Source: an uncultured delta proteobacterium
Lineage (GTDB): Bacteria; Myxococcota; Kuafuiibacteriia; Kuafuiibacteriales; Kuafuiibacteriaceae
Length of the DNA: 64,000 nucleotides
Reading direction: 5' to 3'
Assembly (NCBI GenBank): GCA_963803435.1
Contig: CAWDML010000009.1
Coordinates: forward strand, 1,376,001 to 1,440,000
How positions within the stretch are numbered: the stretch's first letter is position 1; each line of letters starts with the position of its first letter. Made by a program: the position numbers and the translations under genes. Below are positions 41,888 through 52,011 of the stretch, in pieces. Below the pieces are notes generated by a model. The model was not told the origin of the DNA. It did not search any database and saw only the letters and a list, made by a program, of their open reading frames with translations.

Positions 41888-43278
41888 GCCTCGCTCTCCG
41901 TCTCGGTGGTCGGAGAGAGCATGCCGTGGATCAGCTTCACGCGGCGTGCGAGGTCGTCGCCCTTGCGCTGCCCCAGATATTCGGTGGCCTGAAACAACAC
42001 GAAGAACATCAGCTCCGAGAGCGCGTCGGAGATCTCCTGGACACCGAGGCCGCTGGAGGTCGCCGGGCCGAGGAGCGAGGCCTCGTCGATCGTCCCGTCG
42101 GGATAGAGCGCGACGTGCGCCAGCACTTCGGTCTCGGTGTTCTCGGGATCTCGGAGGAAGCTCTGCACCGAGTCCGCCAGCGCGTGGATCTGGCCCGCGC
42201 GCTTCATCTCGGCATACATCTCCTTGAGGCCCATCGAGTAGATGTTGATGACCTCGTGGGCCTCCGCCTGCGAGAGGGTGGCGCGGCGGGGGATGGGGCC
42301 GCTGCCTGAGGTCTGGGCCAGCTCGACCAGCTTCGCCTTCAGGAGGTGATGCACCAAGCGGGTGGCCTCGAACTCCCCGAGCCCGAGCTGCCGCATGACC
42401 TCGTGGATCGTCAGCGGCGAGGTGAGCTGCGTGAGGAGGGCGCTGGCGTGGCTCCGCACGCCCTTGTCGATCTTGGAGATCAGGTCCGCCTCGGCTTCAG
42501 GCGCGAGGCCGCGCACCCGATGGACCAGCGCATCGGCGGATCGAATCTTCTGCCGGTAGTGGCGCATCTCGTCGAGGCGGCGGAGCGCGTCGACCAGGAG
42601 CCCCTGGGTCGAAAGATGGATCTGCGAATCGGCGAGCACCTCGGAGGAGAGCCGCGCGAAGAACCACATGCCGCTCTCGCTCGACAGCATGCGGTTGAAG
42701 ATCTCCGTCAACTGGGCTTGCACCATGCTCCACAGCTCGTGCGATGCGAGGTAGCCCCGCTCGACGCAGGCCTGACCCAGCTTGCGGGCGCCGTCGGCGA
42801 TCGCGACCTGGAGCTGGTCGCGCGTGATCTTGCCGCGGCGAAGGAGGAACTCGCCCAGGCGATCCTCGGGCGAGGTGGAGGCCGCCCAGACAACGTCGCC
42901 GTTGTAGAAGAAGACCGAGCGCTCCACGTCCTCGGGGGTGGCGACCGTCAGCGCGCCGGTGGCGGCGGCCTGGGCGAAGAAGCCGATGATGTCGATGAGC
43001 GACAGGCCGGTCTCGCTGATCGTGCCGGCGGCGACCACCTCTCGCGCGCGGCTCTTGGTCAGGCTCGCGGTCGGCCCCAGCGAGCGAAAGACCGCCCAGC
43101 CCGGACCCGTCGGGAGGACCTCGGCCTGCTTGAGCCGCTCTCGCAGGATCTCGCGGGTGGCCTGGGCGGGCGCGCGCAGGCGCCCGTCCGCCGTGAGCTC
43201 CACCATCAAACGTGTGTCGTCGGTGAGTCGCTCGAGGTCGTCGGTCATCGCCTCGAGGACTTCATCTCCTCCGCTCAA
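41884..43278 (-). CDS. DUF4388-domain protein
   Basis: GTIS..SLIDII..TGALTV..F.NG.VVWA.S..DRLGEFLLRRGKIT; typical myxobacterial family. Confidence 0.75.
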   Translation of the reverse strand: MSGGDEVLEAMTDDLERLTDDTRLMVELTADGRLRAPAQATREILRERLKQAEVLPTGPGWAVFRSLGPTASLTKSRAREVVAAGTISETGLSLIDIIGFFAQAAATGALTVATPEDVERSVFFYNGDVVWAASTSPEDRLGEFLLRRGKITRDQLQVAIADGARKLGQACVERGYLASHELWSMVQAQLTEIFNRMLSSESGMWFFARLSSEVLADSQIHLSTQGLLVDALRRLDEMRHYRQKIRSADALVHRVRGLAPEAEADLISKIDKGVRSHASALLTQLTSPLTIHEVMRQLGLGEFEATRLVHHLLKAKLVELAQTSGSGPIPRRATLSQAEAHEVINIYSMGLKEMYAEMKRAGQIHALADSVQSFLRDPENTETEVLAHVALYPDGTIDEASLLGPATSSGLGVQEISDALSELMFFVLFQATEYLGQRKGDDLARRVKLIHGMLSPTTETESEA

Positions 43279-43287
43279 GCGCGCGCC

Positions 43288-44118
43288 TCACAGCTTCTTG
43301 TCCAGCGTGATCTTGACGTCGGTCGAGCCGGCCTTGATCCCCGACGCCGGCGATCCGTTCATCAGGTCGCCCGGTGCCTTGGTCATGGCATTGCCATCCT
43401 GATCGAGGCGCACGTAGAGATCGAACGGACCCACGAACGGGATCCCGGGCATCATCACGTCGGATGCGGCGATCTGGAACGAGGCGGGAAACTTCGGATT
43501 GTCGATCTTCCGCACGGCCAGCGGCGGCCCTTGATTCGGCATCCCTTGGTTCCGAACCACGATGAAGAGCGTTCCGCCGGAGGCGCTGCCCTGGAGGCTC
43601 GGGTCCACCACGATCTCGCCCTTGATCGGATCGCCGCTCGGCATCGCCGGATCCGCGGAGGGCGGCGGCGGTTGCCCCATCGCCGGCGGCGGCCCGCCTG
43701 CGAACGGGCTCATCTCCTTCGGCTTGCCTTTGTTCACCACGTACATCGCCACGCCCATCACCGCGATCACCGCGATGAACAGGGCCGCGTTCGCGGACAT
43801 GTTGGACGTCGGCTTCTTCGCCGGCAGCTTCGCCTTCTCGCTGTCGAGCAGGTCGCGCTTCGCCTTCTTGTCGTGCGACTTCGCGACGCTCGGCGTCGCG
43901 CCGTTCTTGGGCGCGTCCGCGCGCGCGCCGACCAGCTTGGTGCCGCAGCTCGGGCAGAACTTCGAATCGGGATCGACATCCACCTCACATTTCGGGCACT
44001 TGGGCGGGGGTGCGATCGACGCGCCGCACGCCTTACAGAATTGGGCCATGGGCAGATTGGGCGTCGAGCACTCCGTACAGCTCCGCGCGCCTGTCTGGGT
44101 CCCCTGGGATGCCTCCAT
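43288..44118 (-). CDS. Double zinc-ribbon + TM + CcmI/CycH-like C-terminal Ig domain protein
   Basis: Four CxxC motifs; TM; GTLFIVVR..GPPLAV.KI...FP..F....DVMMPG..RLDQDG. Confidence 0.72.
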   Translation of the reverse strand: MEASQGTQTGARSCTECSTPNLPMAQFCKACGASIAPPPKCPKCEVDVDPDSKFCPSCGTKLVGARADAPKNGATPSVAKSHDKKAKRDLLDSEKAKLPAKKPTSNMSANAALFIAVIAVMGVAMYVVNKGKPKEMSPFAGGPPPAMGQPPPPSADPAMPSGDPIKGEIVVDPSLQGSASGGTLFIVVRNQGMPNQGPPLAVRKIDNPKFPASFQIAASDVMMPGIPFVGPFDLYVRLDQDGNAMTKAPGDLMNGSPASGIKAGSTDVKITLDKKL

Positions 44119-44190
44119 GGGGCGAATCTAGCTCAGGAATCGGCGCCAGGAAATCAATCGCTGGAACGGAGGTGCCAGTGACCGACCCGG

Positions 44191-44477
44191 GCCTTGTCCC
44201 GCAAAGCTCCTCTGGCGCGATTACCACGTCCCCATTGGAGGCCAATGACCTTGGTACATGTGTTCGAGCAATCCCTTGGGGCCCAAATGTACGGTTATAC
44301 TCATGACAGCAACCCATTGGGGCTCAACGTGTTGCAGGACATTCTCAAATAAAATGCTTGGCGCTCACTGTGGAGCGCTCGAAAAGGGGATCGGATCCTT
44401 GGGGCTCAGGGTCTTCAGGCCCACGCGTTTTGCAAACGGCTGGCGCGCACTCGGGATCGTTTGTGGAAAAAGAACAC
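44191..44477. repeat. Phased array of a ~11-14-bp motif (TTGGNGCYCA core) at an exact 41-bp period with unique intervening sequence
   Basis: TTGG cores at 44235, 44276, 44317, 44358 and 44399; degenerate in-phase copies at 44194 and 44440. Confidence 0.8.
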
Positions 44478-44577
44478 GCCCGCGTGCGACTTGGACACCC
44501 GCGCGACTGACCGATGCAGAAACGTCGTGCTGATTCGAGCCCTTGAGAGGCAGCGCCGCTTTTGTGACCCTTTTCCT

Positions 44578-44606
44578 TTGACGCCCGATCCGGCGGATCG
44601 GACCTT
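44578..44606 (+). promoter_or_regulatory. Putative sigma70-type promoter with 17-bp palindromic operator in the spacer
   Basis: TTGACG (44578-83), 17-nt spacer, weak -10 GACCTT (44601-06); predicted start ~44613; CCGATCCG-G-CGGATCGG at 44585-44601. Confidence 0.55.
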
Positions 44607-44612
44607 CGATCC

Positions 44613-45252
44613 TGCGAGCGACGCGGGGACGATCTTCGCGTTGAGCCCGCCGGCGGTCGGCGGAGTGACCCGGGGCCCTCCGGGTCAATCCGCTGCGTCG
44701 GGGGCAGAGAACCTCAAGAGGGATGTCGGACCGAGAGCGGAAAGACGCACCACGCGGTCTGTCGAGACTTCGGGGCGCAGTGGGTGAGGCTCACCGAGGA
44801 CCGGGGACGGGATTCGCGGCGATCGACGCGGGGACAGCGCTCCGAAACGGCGAGGTGATCCACGAAGCGTGTGGGAGGAGGCCTGAGGCCACTGCCGCGT
44901 ATTGGAACAAACCCTGTAGAGGCGGTGCCTGGGAGCGAGCGACGATCGGGCGGACCGAGGGGTGCCGGGAGGGCGCTGCGTTGGTTGCCAAGTCGCACGG
45001 AGATCCGACGCGAGGAGGTAGCGGTGGAGGTCCGCGCCCCTTCTTCCGTTCGATCGTCGAACGCTCATTCAACCCCATGAGAGGTGGTCGTGCCGGTCCA
45101 GAAGCCGGCACCGGCCGGTTCGGGCGGGCGCTGAAGAGGGCGGAGGAACGCCTCCGCAACCTCACGAGCGCCAGGCGCGATGGGTCCGCGCGCGCCCGAT
45201 CCGGTGGGATCTCTGAAGGGGAGAGGCGGAGCCCGTGACCGCGTCGCTCGCA
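44613..45252 (+). ncRNA. Large (~640 nt) highly structured ncRNA candidate, possibly ROOL-like
   Basis: Perfect 14-bp end pairing (44613-26 with 45239-52); internal helices 44645-44705, 44940-54/45045-59, 45064-81, 45091-110, 45140-57; no credible CDS; promoter directly upstream. Confidence 0.72.
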
Positions 45253-45275
45253 CGTTTGTAACCGAGCAGGTATGG

Positions 45276-46739
45276 ATGGCCGGGGTGAGGCCGCTCTGCA
45301 TCGCGCTTCTCCTCACGGCCGGCTGTCCGGACTCGACCCCGCCGTCGACCCCGCCGCCCCAGCCGCAAACGCCGTCGCTCTCTCCGGCCGAGAAGGCCGA
45401 CACGCGCTTCATGAAGATCCGAGCGCTCCTCCAGGAGAAGCCGGAGTCGCGACGGCGCGCGGTCGAGCTCTTCCCGCTGGTGAAGCCGATCTGTGAGGAC
45501 GAGAGCGAGCGCGCCGCCTTCATCGCGACGGCGAAGTGGTCGGCCTCCTTCTCCAGCACCGAGGTCTACGAGACGAAGACGCTGGCGGGCGACGTCATCG
45601 AGCACGTCGCCACCACCTGCTTTCGCGACCACCCGAAGGAGACCTTCGCGCTGCTCGACGAAGCGAAGGCCGCCATCCCCGACATGGTTCGGTTCGACCT
45701 GATCCGCGCCCGGTTGGCGGCCACCTCGGGCGACTTCGAGACCGCGCTCGCCTCCGCGCAGGTGGCCCGGGCGGCGGGCTCGATCCACGCGCTGGCGCTG
45801 ACCGCAAACATCCAGGCCCAGCTCGCGCGGAACCGAGCGGTCGGCTACCGGCCGGGAATGCTCGACGAGGCAATCGCGACGGTCGGCGCCGAGCCCGACA
45901 ACACCTGGCCGCTCGTCAATCTGGCCGCCGTCCTCTCCACGCGCGCGCGCCTCCTCACCGAGCGCGCCGTCTGGGAGAACGGCGACGACGCGAAGAAGAC
46001 GTTGCTCCTCGCCGACGCCGCCTACGAGCGGCTCAGTCACTCACCGTTCATCGAGAACATCCGCACGCGGGCGCAGGACGTGCTGTGTTTCAACGCGATC
46101 GAGGGCGGGCTCCCGCCGCTGCCCTGCAAGCGGGCGGCGGAGGCGGAGCACCACCTGGGGGCGGCCTTCGCTGCCGGGATCGAGCTCGGCGAGGGCTTCG
46201 ATCAGAAGCGCTTCTCCGCGATCGAGCAGGCCGCCCGGCGGATCGAGGAGATGCCGCCGAAGCGCGTGGTGGTGATCGTCGCGCGCGGGGACGAGTCGGA
46301 GCTCATCGAGTGGGCCCGCCCGGCGGCGCGGTACCTCGGCCGCATCGCCGTCCGGAGGCCGCGCGTGATCGCGGTCGATCGGACCGAGAGCGATCGGGCC
46401 CACGCGCTCTTCCAGCGGATCTTGGCGCTGGCTGGGATCGAGCCGGAGGTGCGCATCGAGGCCGACTCCACGTTCGCCATGCCGTGCCTGACGGCCGTGA
46501 TCGCGAAGCGGAAGACGCCGCAAGCCTGCCCGCTGGAGGCGGCGCAGGTGTCGAAGCTGGGGAGGATGACCGACTTCGGGGTGGCCGTGCTGATCGGGCG
46601 CGACCTCGACGCGGAGATCGACGATCTCCACCTCTACCAGCTCGAGGCCGTCCTGCTGTCGTTCCGGCAATCGCGCATGGAGAAGGGGATCGACGCTTGG
46701 CTGAAGAGCGTCTCAGACGTGTTGATCACCGGGCGCTGA
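45276..46739 (+). CDS. Hypothetical lipoprotein with helical/TPR-like region
   Basis: MAGVRPLCIALLLTAGC lipobox; Pro-rich linker; Ala-rich helices. Confidence 0.7.
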   Translation: MAGVRPLCIALLLTAGCPDSTPPSTPPPQPQTPSLSPAEKADTRFMKIRALLQEKPESRRRAVELFPLVKPICEDESERAAFIATAKWSASFSSTEVYETKTLAGDVIEHVATTCFRDHPKETFALLDEAKAAIPDMVRFDLIRARLAATSGDFETALASAQVARAAGSIHALALTANIQAQLARNRAVGYRPGMLDEAIATVGAEPDNTWPLVNLAAVLSTRARLLTERAVWENGDDAKKTLLLADAAYERLSHSPFIENIRTRAQDVLCFNAIEGGLPPLPCKRAAEAEHHLGAAFAAGIELGEGFDQKRFSAIEQAARRIEEMPPKRVVVIVARGDESELIEWARPAARYLGRIAVRRPRVIAVDRTESDRAHALFQRILALAGIEPEVRIEADSTFAMPCLTAVIAKRKTPQACPLEAAQVSKLGRMTDFGVAVLIGRDLDAEIDDLHLYQLEAVLLSFRQSRMEKGIDAWLKSVSDVLITGR

Positions 46740-47728
46740 GCGCTGCCCTCCTGCTGGTCGCGCTCAACTCCGCCGCGCCGGCGCGCGCGCAGGGCCGGCC
46801 GCCTCGGGAGCGCGGAGTGGCGCTCGGCCTGTTCTCCGCGGACCCGCAGTACCGCTATCGAATGTTGCTCGAGGAGATCCGCGGGCTCGGCGCCACGCAC
46901 GTCACGATCGACTGGGTCTGGTGGCAGGATACGATCCGCGAGAACGAGGTCCGTCCGGTGGCCGGCTGGTCCGCCACCGACGCGCAGATCCTCGATGCCA
47001 TTCGCGCGGCCAAGGCGCTCGGCCTGCACGTGACGGCGTTCCCGATCCTGCGCCTCGTCCACAGCAAGGCCGGCGAGTGGCGTGGGCGCATCGATCCGAA
47101 GGACCTGGATCGGTGGTGGGACAGCTATGCGCAGTTCATCCTGCACGCGACGGAGCTCTCGGTCCGCGCCGGGGCCGACCGGATCTCGATCGGCAGCGAG
47201 CTGCTCTCGCGTGAGAGCGAGCGCGATCGCTGGAAGGCGCTGATCGACCGTGTGCGCATCACAGCCCCCGAGATGGAGGTGATGTACAGCGCGAACTGGG
47301 ATCACTTCGAGGCGGTCAGCTTCTGGGACCTGGTCGACGTCGTCGGCATGACCGCCTACTGGGAGCTCACGCGGGACCTCGACGCCAGCACCCGGGATCT
47401 CACAGTGGCCTGGGAGAACGTGAAGCCCTCGGTGCTCGCCTTCTCCCGGAGGCTCGAGAGGCCGCTCGTGTTCACCGAGATTGGCTACCCGAGCCTGGAC
47501 GGGGGCGCGGCGTGGCCCTGGGACGAGACCCGGAAGGCGCGGGTCGATCAGGAGGAGCAGCGCCGCGCGTACCTTGCCTTCACGCGCGCGTGGTCCGACA
47601 CCGCTGCGCTCGCGGGCGTGTATTTCTGGAACTGGTTCGGAGCGGGCGGGCCCGAGGACACCAACTACACACCGCGCCGCAAGCCCGCGGAGAGCGTGAT
47701 CCGCGATTGGTACGGATCGCCGAAGTAG
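46736..47728 (+). CDS. Glycoside hydrolase family 113-like TIM-barrel protein (start approximate)
   Basis: Signal-like LLLVALN..ARA; GEWRGRI, WWDSY, IGSEL, YSANWD, VGMTAYWEL, FTEIGYPS. Confidence 0.75.
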   Translation: MSAALLLVALNSAAPARAQGRPPRERGVALGLFSADPQYRYRMLLEEIRGLGATHVTIDWVWWQDTIRENEVRPVAGWSATDAQILDAIRAAKALGLHVTAFPILRLVHSKAGEWRGRIDPKDLDRWWDSYAQFILHATELSVRAGADRISIGSELLSRESERDRWKALIDRVRITAPEMEVMYSANWDHFEAVSFWDLVDVVGMTAYWELTRDLDASTRDLTVAWENVKPSVLAFSRRLERPLVFTEIGYPSLDGGAAWPWDETRKARVDQEEQRRAYLAFTRAWSDTAALAGVYFWNWFGAGGPEDTNYTPRRKPAESVIRDWYGSPK

Positions 47729-47742
47729 CATAGGTTTCGCGG

Positions 47743-49044
47743 GTGTCGGAGCGGCGCATCATCCGGGGAGCGTCGGTGGTCGCGCTCGACGGCCGGCGCA
47801 CGGTTCGCAAGACTGACCTTCTCATCGAGGAGGGCAAGATCGCGGCGACCGGCGGCGTCGACAGCGCCGAGGCCCTCCTGACCGACGTGCGCGGCGTGGT
47901 CATCCCCGGGCTGGTGCAAGCGACCTTGCACCTCACCGACGCGCTGCTCGACCAAGGTTTCGTCGCCAGCGTCGACCCTCGGGTGTTCGAGCGGATCCAG
48001 GTGCCGGCTTGGCGGGCCTCGATAGGAGAGGAGGCGCTCCGGGTCTGTACAGCCGCCGGGATCTCGCGCGCATTGGCCCGCGGCGTCACCGCGTTCGCGG
48101 ACGCTTCGGTGATCCATCGGGGGATCGCGGTCGAGGCCGCGCGCGCCTATGGGGTCCGCTTCGTCTTGTGCGTCGACGCCCACCGTCCCCACTTCGAGCG
48201 GGAGCTGGAGCTGCTGGCGCAGACGAACGCCGACGACGCGATCCGACCCGGGCTCTCCGTCGACGCGGCGGCGGCCTCGACGCGCCTCCTCCGGCGGGTC
48301 GGCCACGCCGCGGAGGCCTGCGCGTCGCCGATCTTGGCCCGAGGCGGCGGCTTGACCGGGGCCCGCTCCGCGGTGGCCAAGCTGCGGAGGGCGGGCGCGC
48401 TCGGTGCACGGCTGATGCTCCACGGCGCTCGCGATCTCGACGCCTACTGCGCTCACGCCCTCGGCGACGCGCGCGCCACGCTCGCCCTCAGCCCCGGCGA
48501 CGACCTCTTGATCGGCGCACCGCCCCCGCCGATGGACCTCCTGCTCGAGCATCGCGTTCGGGTCGCGATCGGCTCCGGCGGCAACGCCTCCCGCCTCGGC
48601 TTCGATCCGTTCGCCGAGGCGCGCCTCCTCCTGCGCTTCCTCGAGGGCCGCGTCGAGCAGCCCGCCACCTACGCCCTCGACGCCATCGGGCCGAACGGCG
48701 CCATGGGCCTCGGCATCCCGGTCGGCTCAATCGAGGCCGGCAAGTCGGCCAATCTGGTCCTCCTCGACGTCGAGGCCGAGCCCCAGGAGCCCTACGAGGA
48801 AGTGGCGCGCCGGATCCTCGAGCAGGGCGGCCCGGCCACCGTGCGAACCGTCTGGATCGCCGGCCGCGTGGTCGCCTCCGAGGGACGCCCGCGCCTGGCC
48901 AATCCTCCGGACGGCGACGAGGAGGCCCAGCTCCGCGCCGCACTCTTGCCCCGCGTGAAGGCCGAGGAGGAGCGACGACAGGTCCGCCGCGCGCTGGGAT
49001 CGACGACGCGCGCGCTCTGGCGAGCGCGCGGTTGGCGGATCTAG
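47743..49044 (+). CDS. Amidohydrolase-superfamily protein with degenerate metal ligands
   Basis: LLIEEGKIAA, VIPGLVQ, GSIEAGKSANLVL, VRTVWIAG; HxH reads TLH and GTDG reads GSGG. Confidence 0.75.
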   Translation: MSERRIIRGASVVALDGRRTVRKTDLLIEEGKIAATGGVDSAEALLTDVRGVVIPGLVQATLHLTDALLDQGFVASVDPRVFERIQVPAWRASIGEEALRVCTAAGISRALARGVTAFADASVIHRGIAVEAARAYGVRFVLCVDAHRPHFERELELLAQTNADDAIRPGLSVDAAAASTRLLRRVGHAAEACASPILARGGGLTGARSAVAKLRRAGALGARLMLHGARDLDAYCAHALGDARATLALSPGDDLLIGAPPPPMDLLLEHRVRVAIGSGGNASRLGFDPFAEARLLLRFLEGRVEQPATYALDAIGPNGAMGLGIPVGSIEAGKSANLVLLDVEAEPQEPYEEVARRILEQGGPATVRTVWIAGRVVASEGRPRLANPPDGDEEAQLRAALLPRVKAEEERRQVRRALGSTTRALWRARGWRI

Positions 49045-49135
49045 GAGACTTGCTCCCGCTGGGGCTCGCAGTTTTCAGGTGCGAGCCGACCACCCGGCGA
49101 ATCACGGGGGCTCCGCAGACTTCGGCGCGGGGGCC

Positions 49136-50116
49136 TCAGCGGACCGCCACGGCTTCGAAGATGTCGAGGATCTTCGGCGATGTCTGATAGAGATCGAGCT
49201 CGTACTTCGGGTTGATGGCGAGGAATCTTTCGGAAGGTCGACTTGCTCGACGGGTAGTCGCCGAGGGCAATCTGGGCGAACGCGAGCACGCGCAGGAGCT
49301 CGATCCGGCTCTGGTCCCGGGCACCGTCGGCGTCGAGGAATGCCTTCTCGGCTGCGCCGGCGGCGGCCTGGTACTCGCCGTCGCCGTAGAGGCGCTCGGC
49401 GCGCTCGAGCTCCTCGCCGAGCTTCTTCGCCGAAACCTTCGAGCGGGCCTTGGGGGCGGTGTGGCGGGGCGCGGCGCGCGGTGGGGGCGCGCGCGGCTCC
49501 GGGGAGCGCGGCGGGGGGGCCTCCGCGATCGCCTTCTTGATGGAGAACGGCTCGCGGGCGTGGAGCGCCACGGTGTTGCGGGAGAAGTCGGATGTGTCGA
49601 GCGGGACGCGGATGGCGGCGCCGATGCGGATCGCCTCCGTCTCGAGCTTGTTATAGAGCATCAAGAGCCGGAATCCGACGGGGACCAGCGTCGCGATAGT
49701 AGAGGTTCGCGATCGAGTCGAGCGTCTCGCCGCGCTTGGCGATGTGCTTGAGCGACTGCACCACCTTGAAGCGCTTGCCCGCGCGGGGGAGCTTGCGATC
49801 GCGCCCTCGGAGGTTGTGGAGCTCGGCGAGGTATTCGGCGCGGCCGGGATCGTTGAGGTGCTCGGCGGCGAACTCGGCGAGCGACTGGTTCCGCTTGAGC
49901 GGCACCAGCTCGTAGGTGGGGATGATGATGGTCGTGCCCTCGCGCAGCGGCTCGGGACGGCGATTGAACATCCGGAGGTGCCGCTCGAGGTAACGGTGGC
50001 CGTAGTAGTGATCCGCGATGTCGGCGTACGTCTCGCCGGCGTCGGTCACTCGATGAAGGATGCCCTGGGTGTCGACGGGGGGCGCGGAGACCAGGATGGA
50101 GAGCGCGATGGCACAG

Positions 50117-50127
<11 letters not shown>
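49136..50127 (-). CDS. Secreted LysM-repeat + TPR protein (two frameshifts, at 49671 and 49223)
   Basis: HRV..GETYADIA..YYG; HIAKRGETLDSIA..YY; TPR AERLYGDGEY..LAFAQIALGD; tail LDLYQTSPKI. Confidence 0.75.
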
Positions 50128-51883
<1,756 letters not shown>

Positions 51884-52011
51884 CGCGCCACCCTACTTTT
51901 CGATCCGGGCCGACGGCAAGCCCTCAGCCGCGCGCTTCGCCTGCGCGCGCGTGACGTTCTTGTCGCCCATGACGCAGAGTGTTACGTTTTTGGTTGCGTA
52001 GGCGCTTCTCG

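Noticed and set aside
44191-44477. CRISPR array
   Set aside because: Repeat is only ~11-14 bp and degenerate, the period of 41 is too short, and there are no cas genes in the window.
45014-45026. SRP RNA (GGAGGTAGCGGTG resembles the Bacillus-type Alu part; ffh is nearby)
   Set aside because: No CAGG..GGAA..AGCA helix-8 motif found; RNase P and tmRNA signature ends are also absent.
44258-45238. ORFs over the ncRNA region (44258-44533, 44461-44787, 44723-45238, 44685-45068, 44791-45165) and the 45180 upstream extension
   Set aside because: No recognisable motifs and codon usage unlike real genes here; the lipobox places the true start at 45276.
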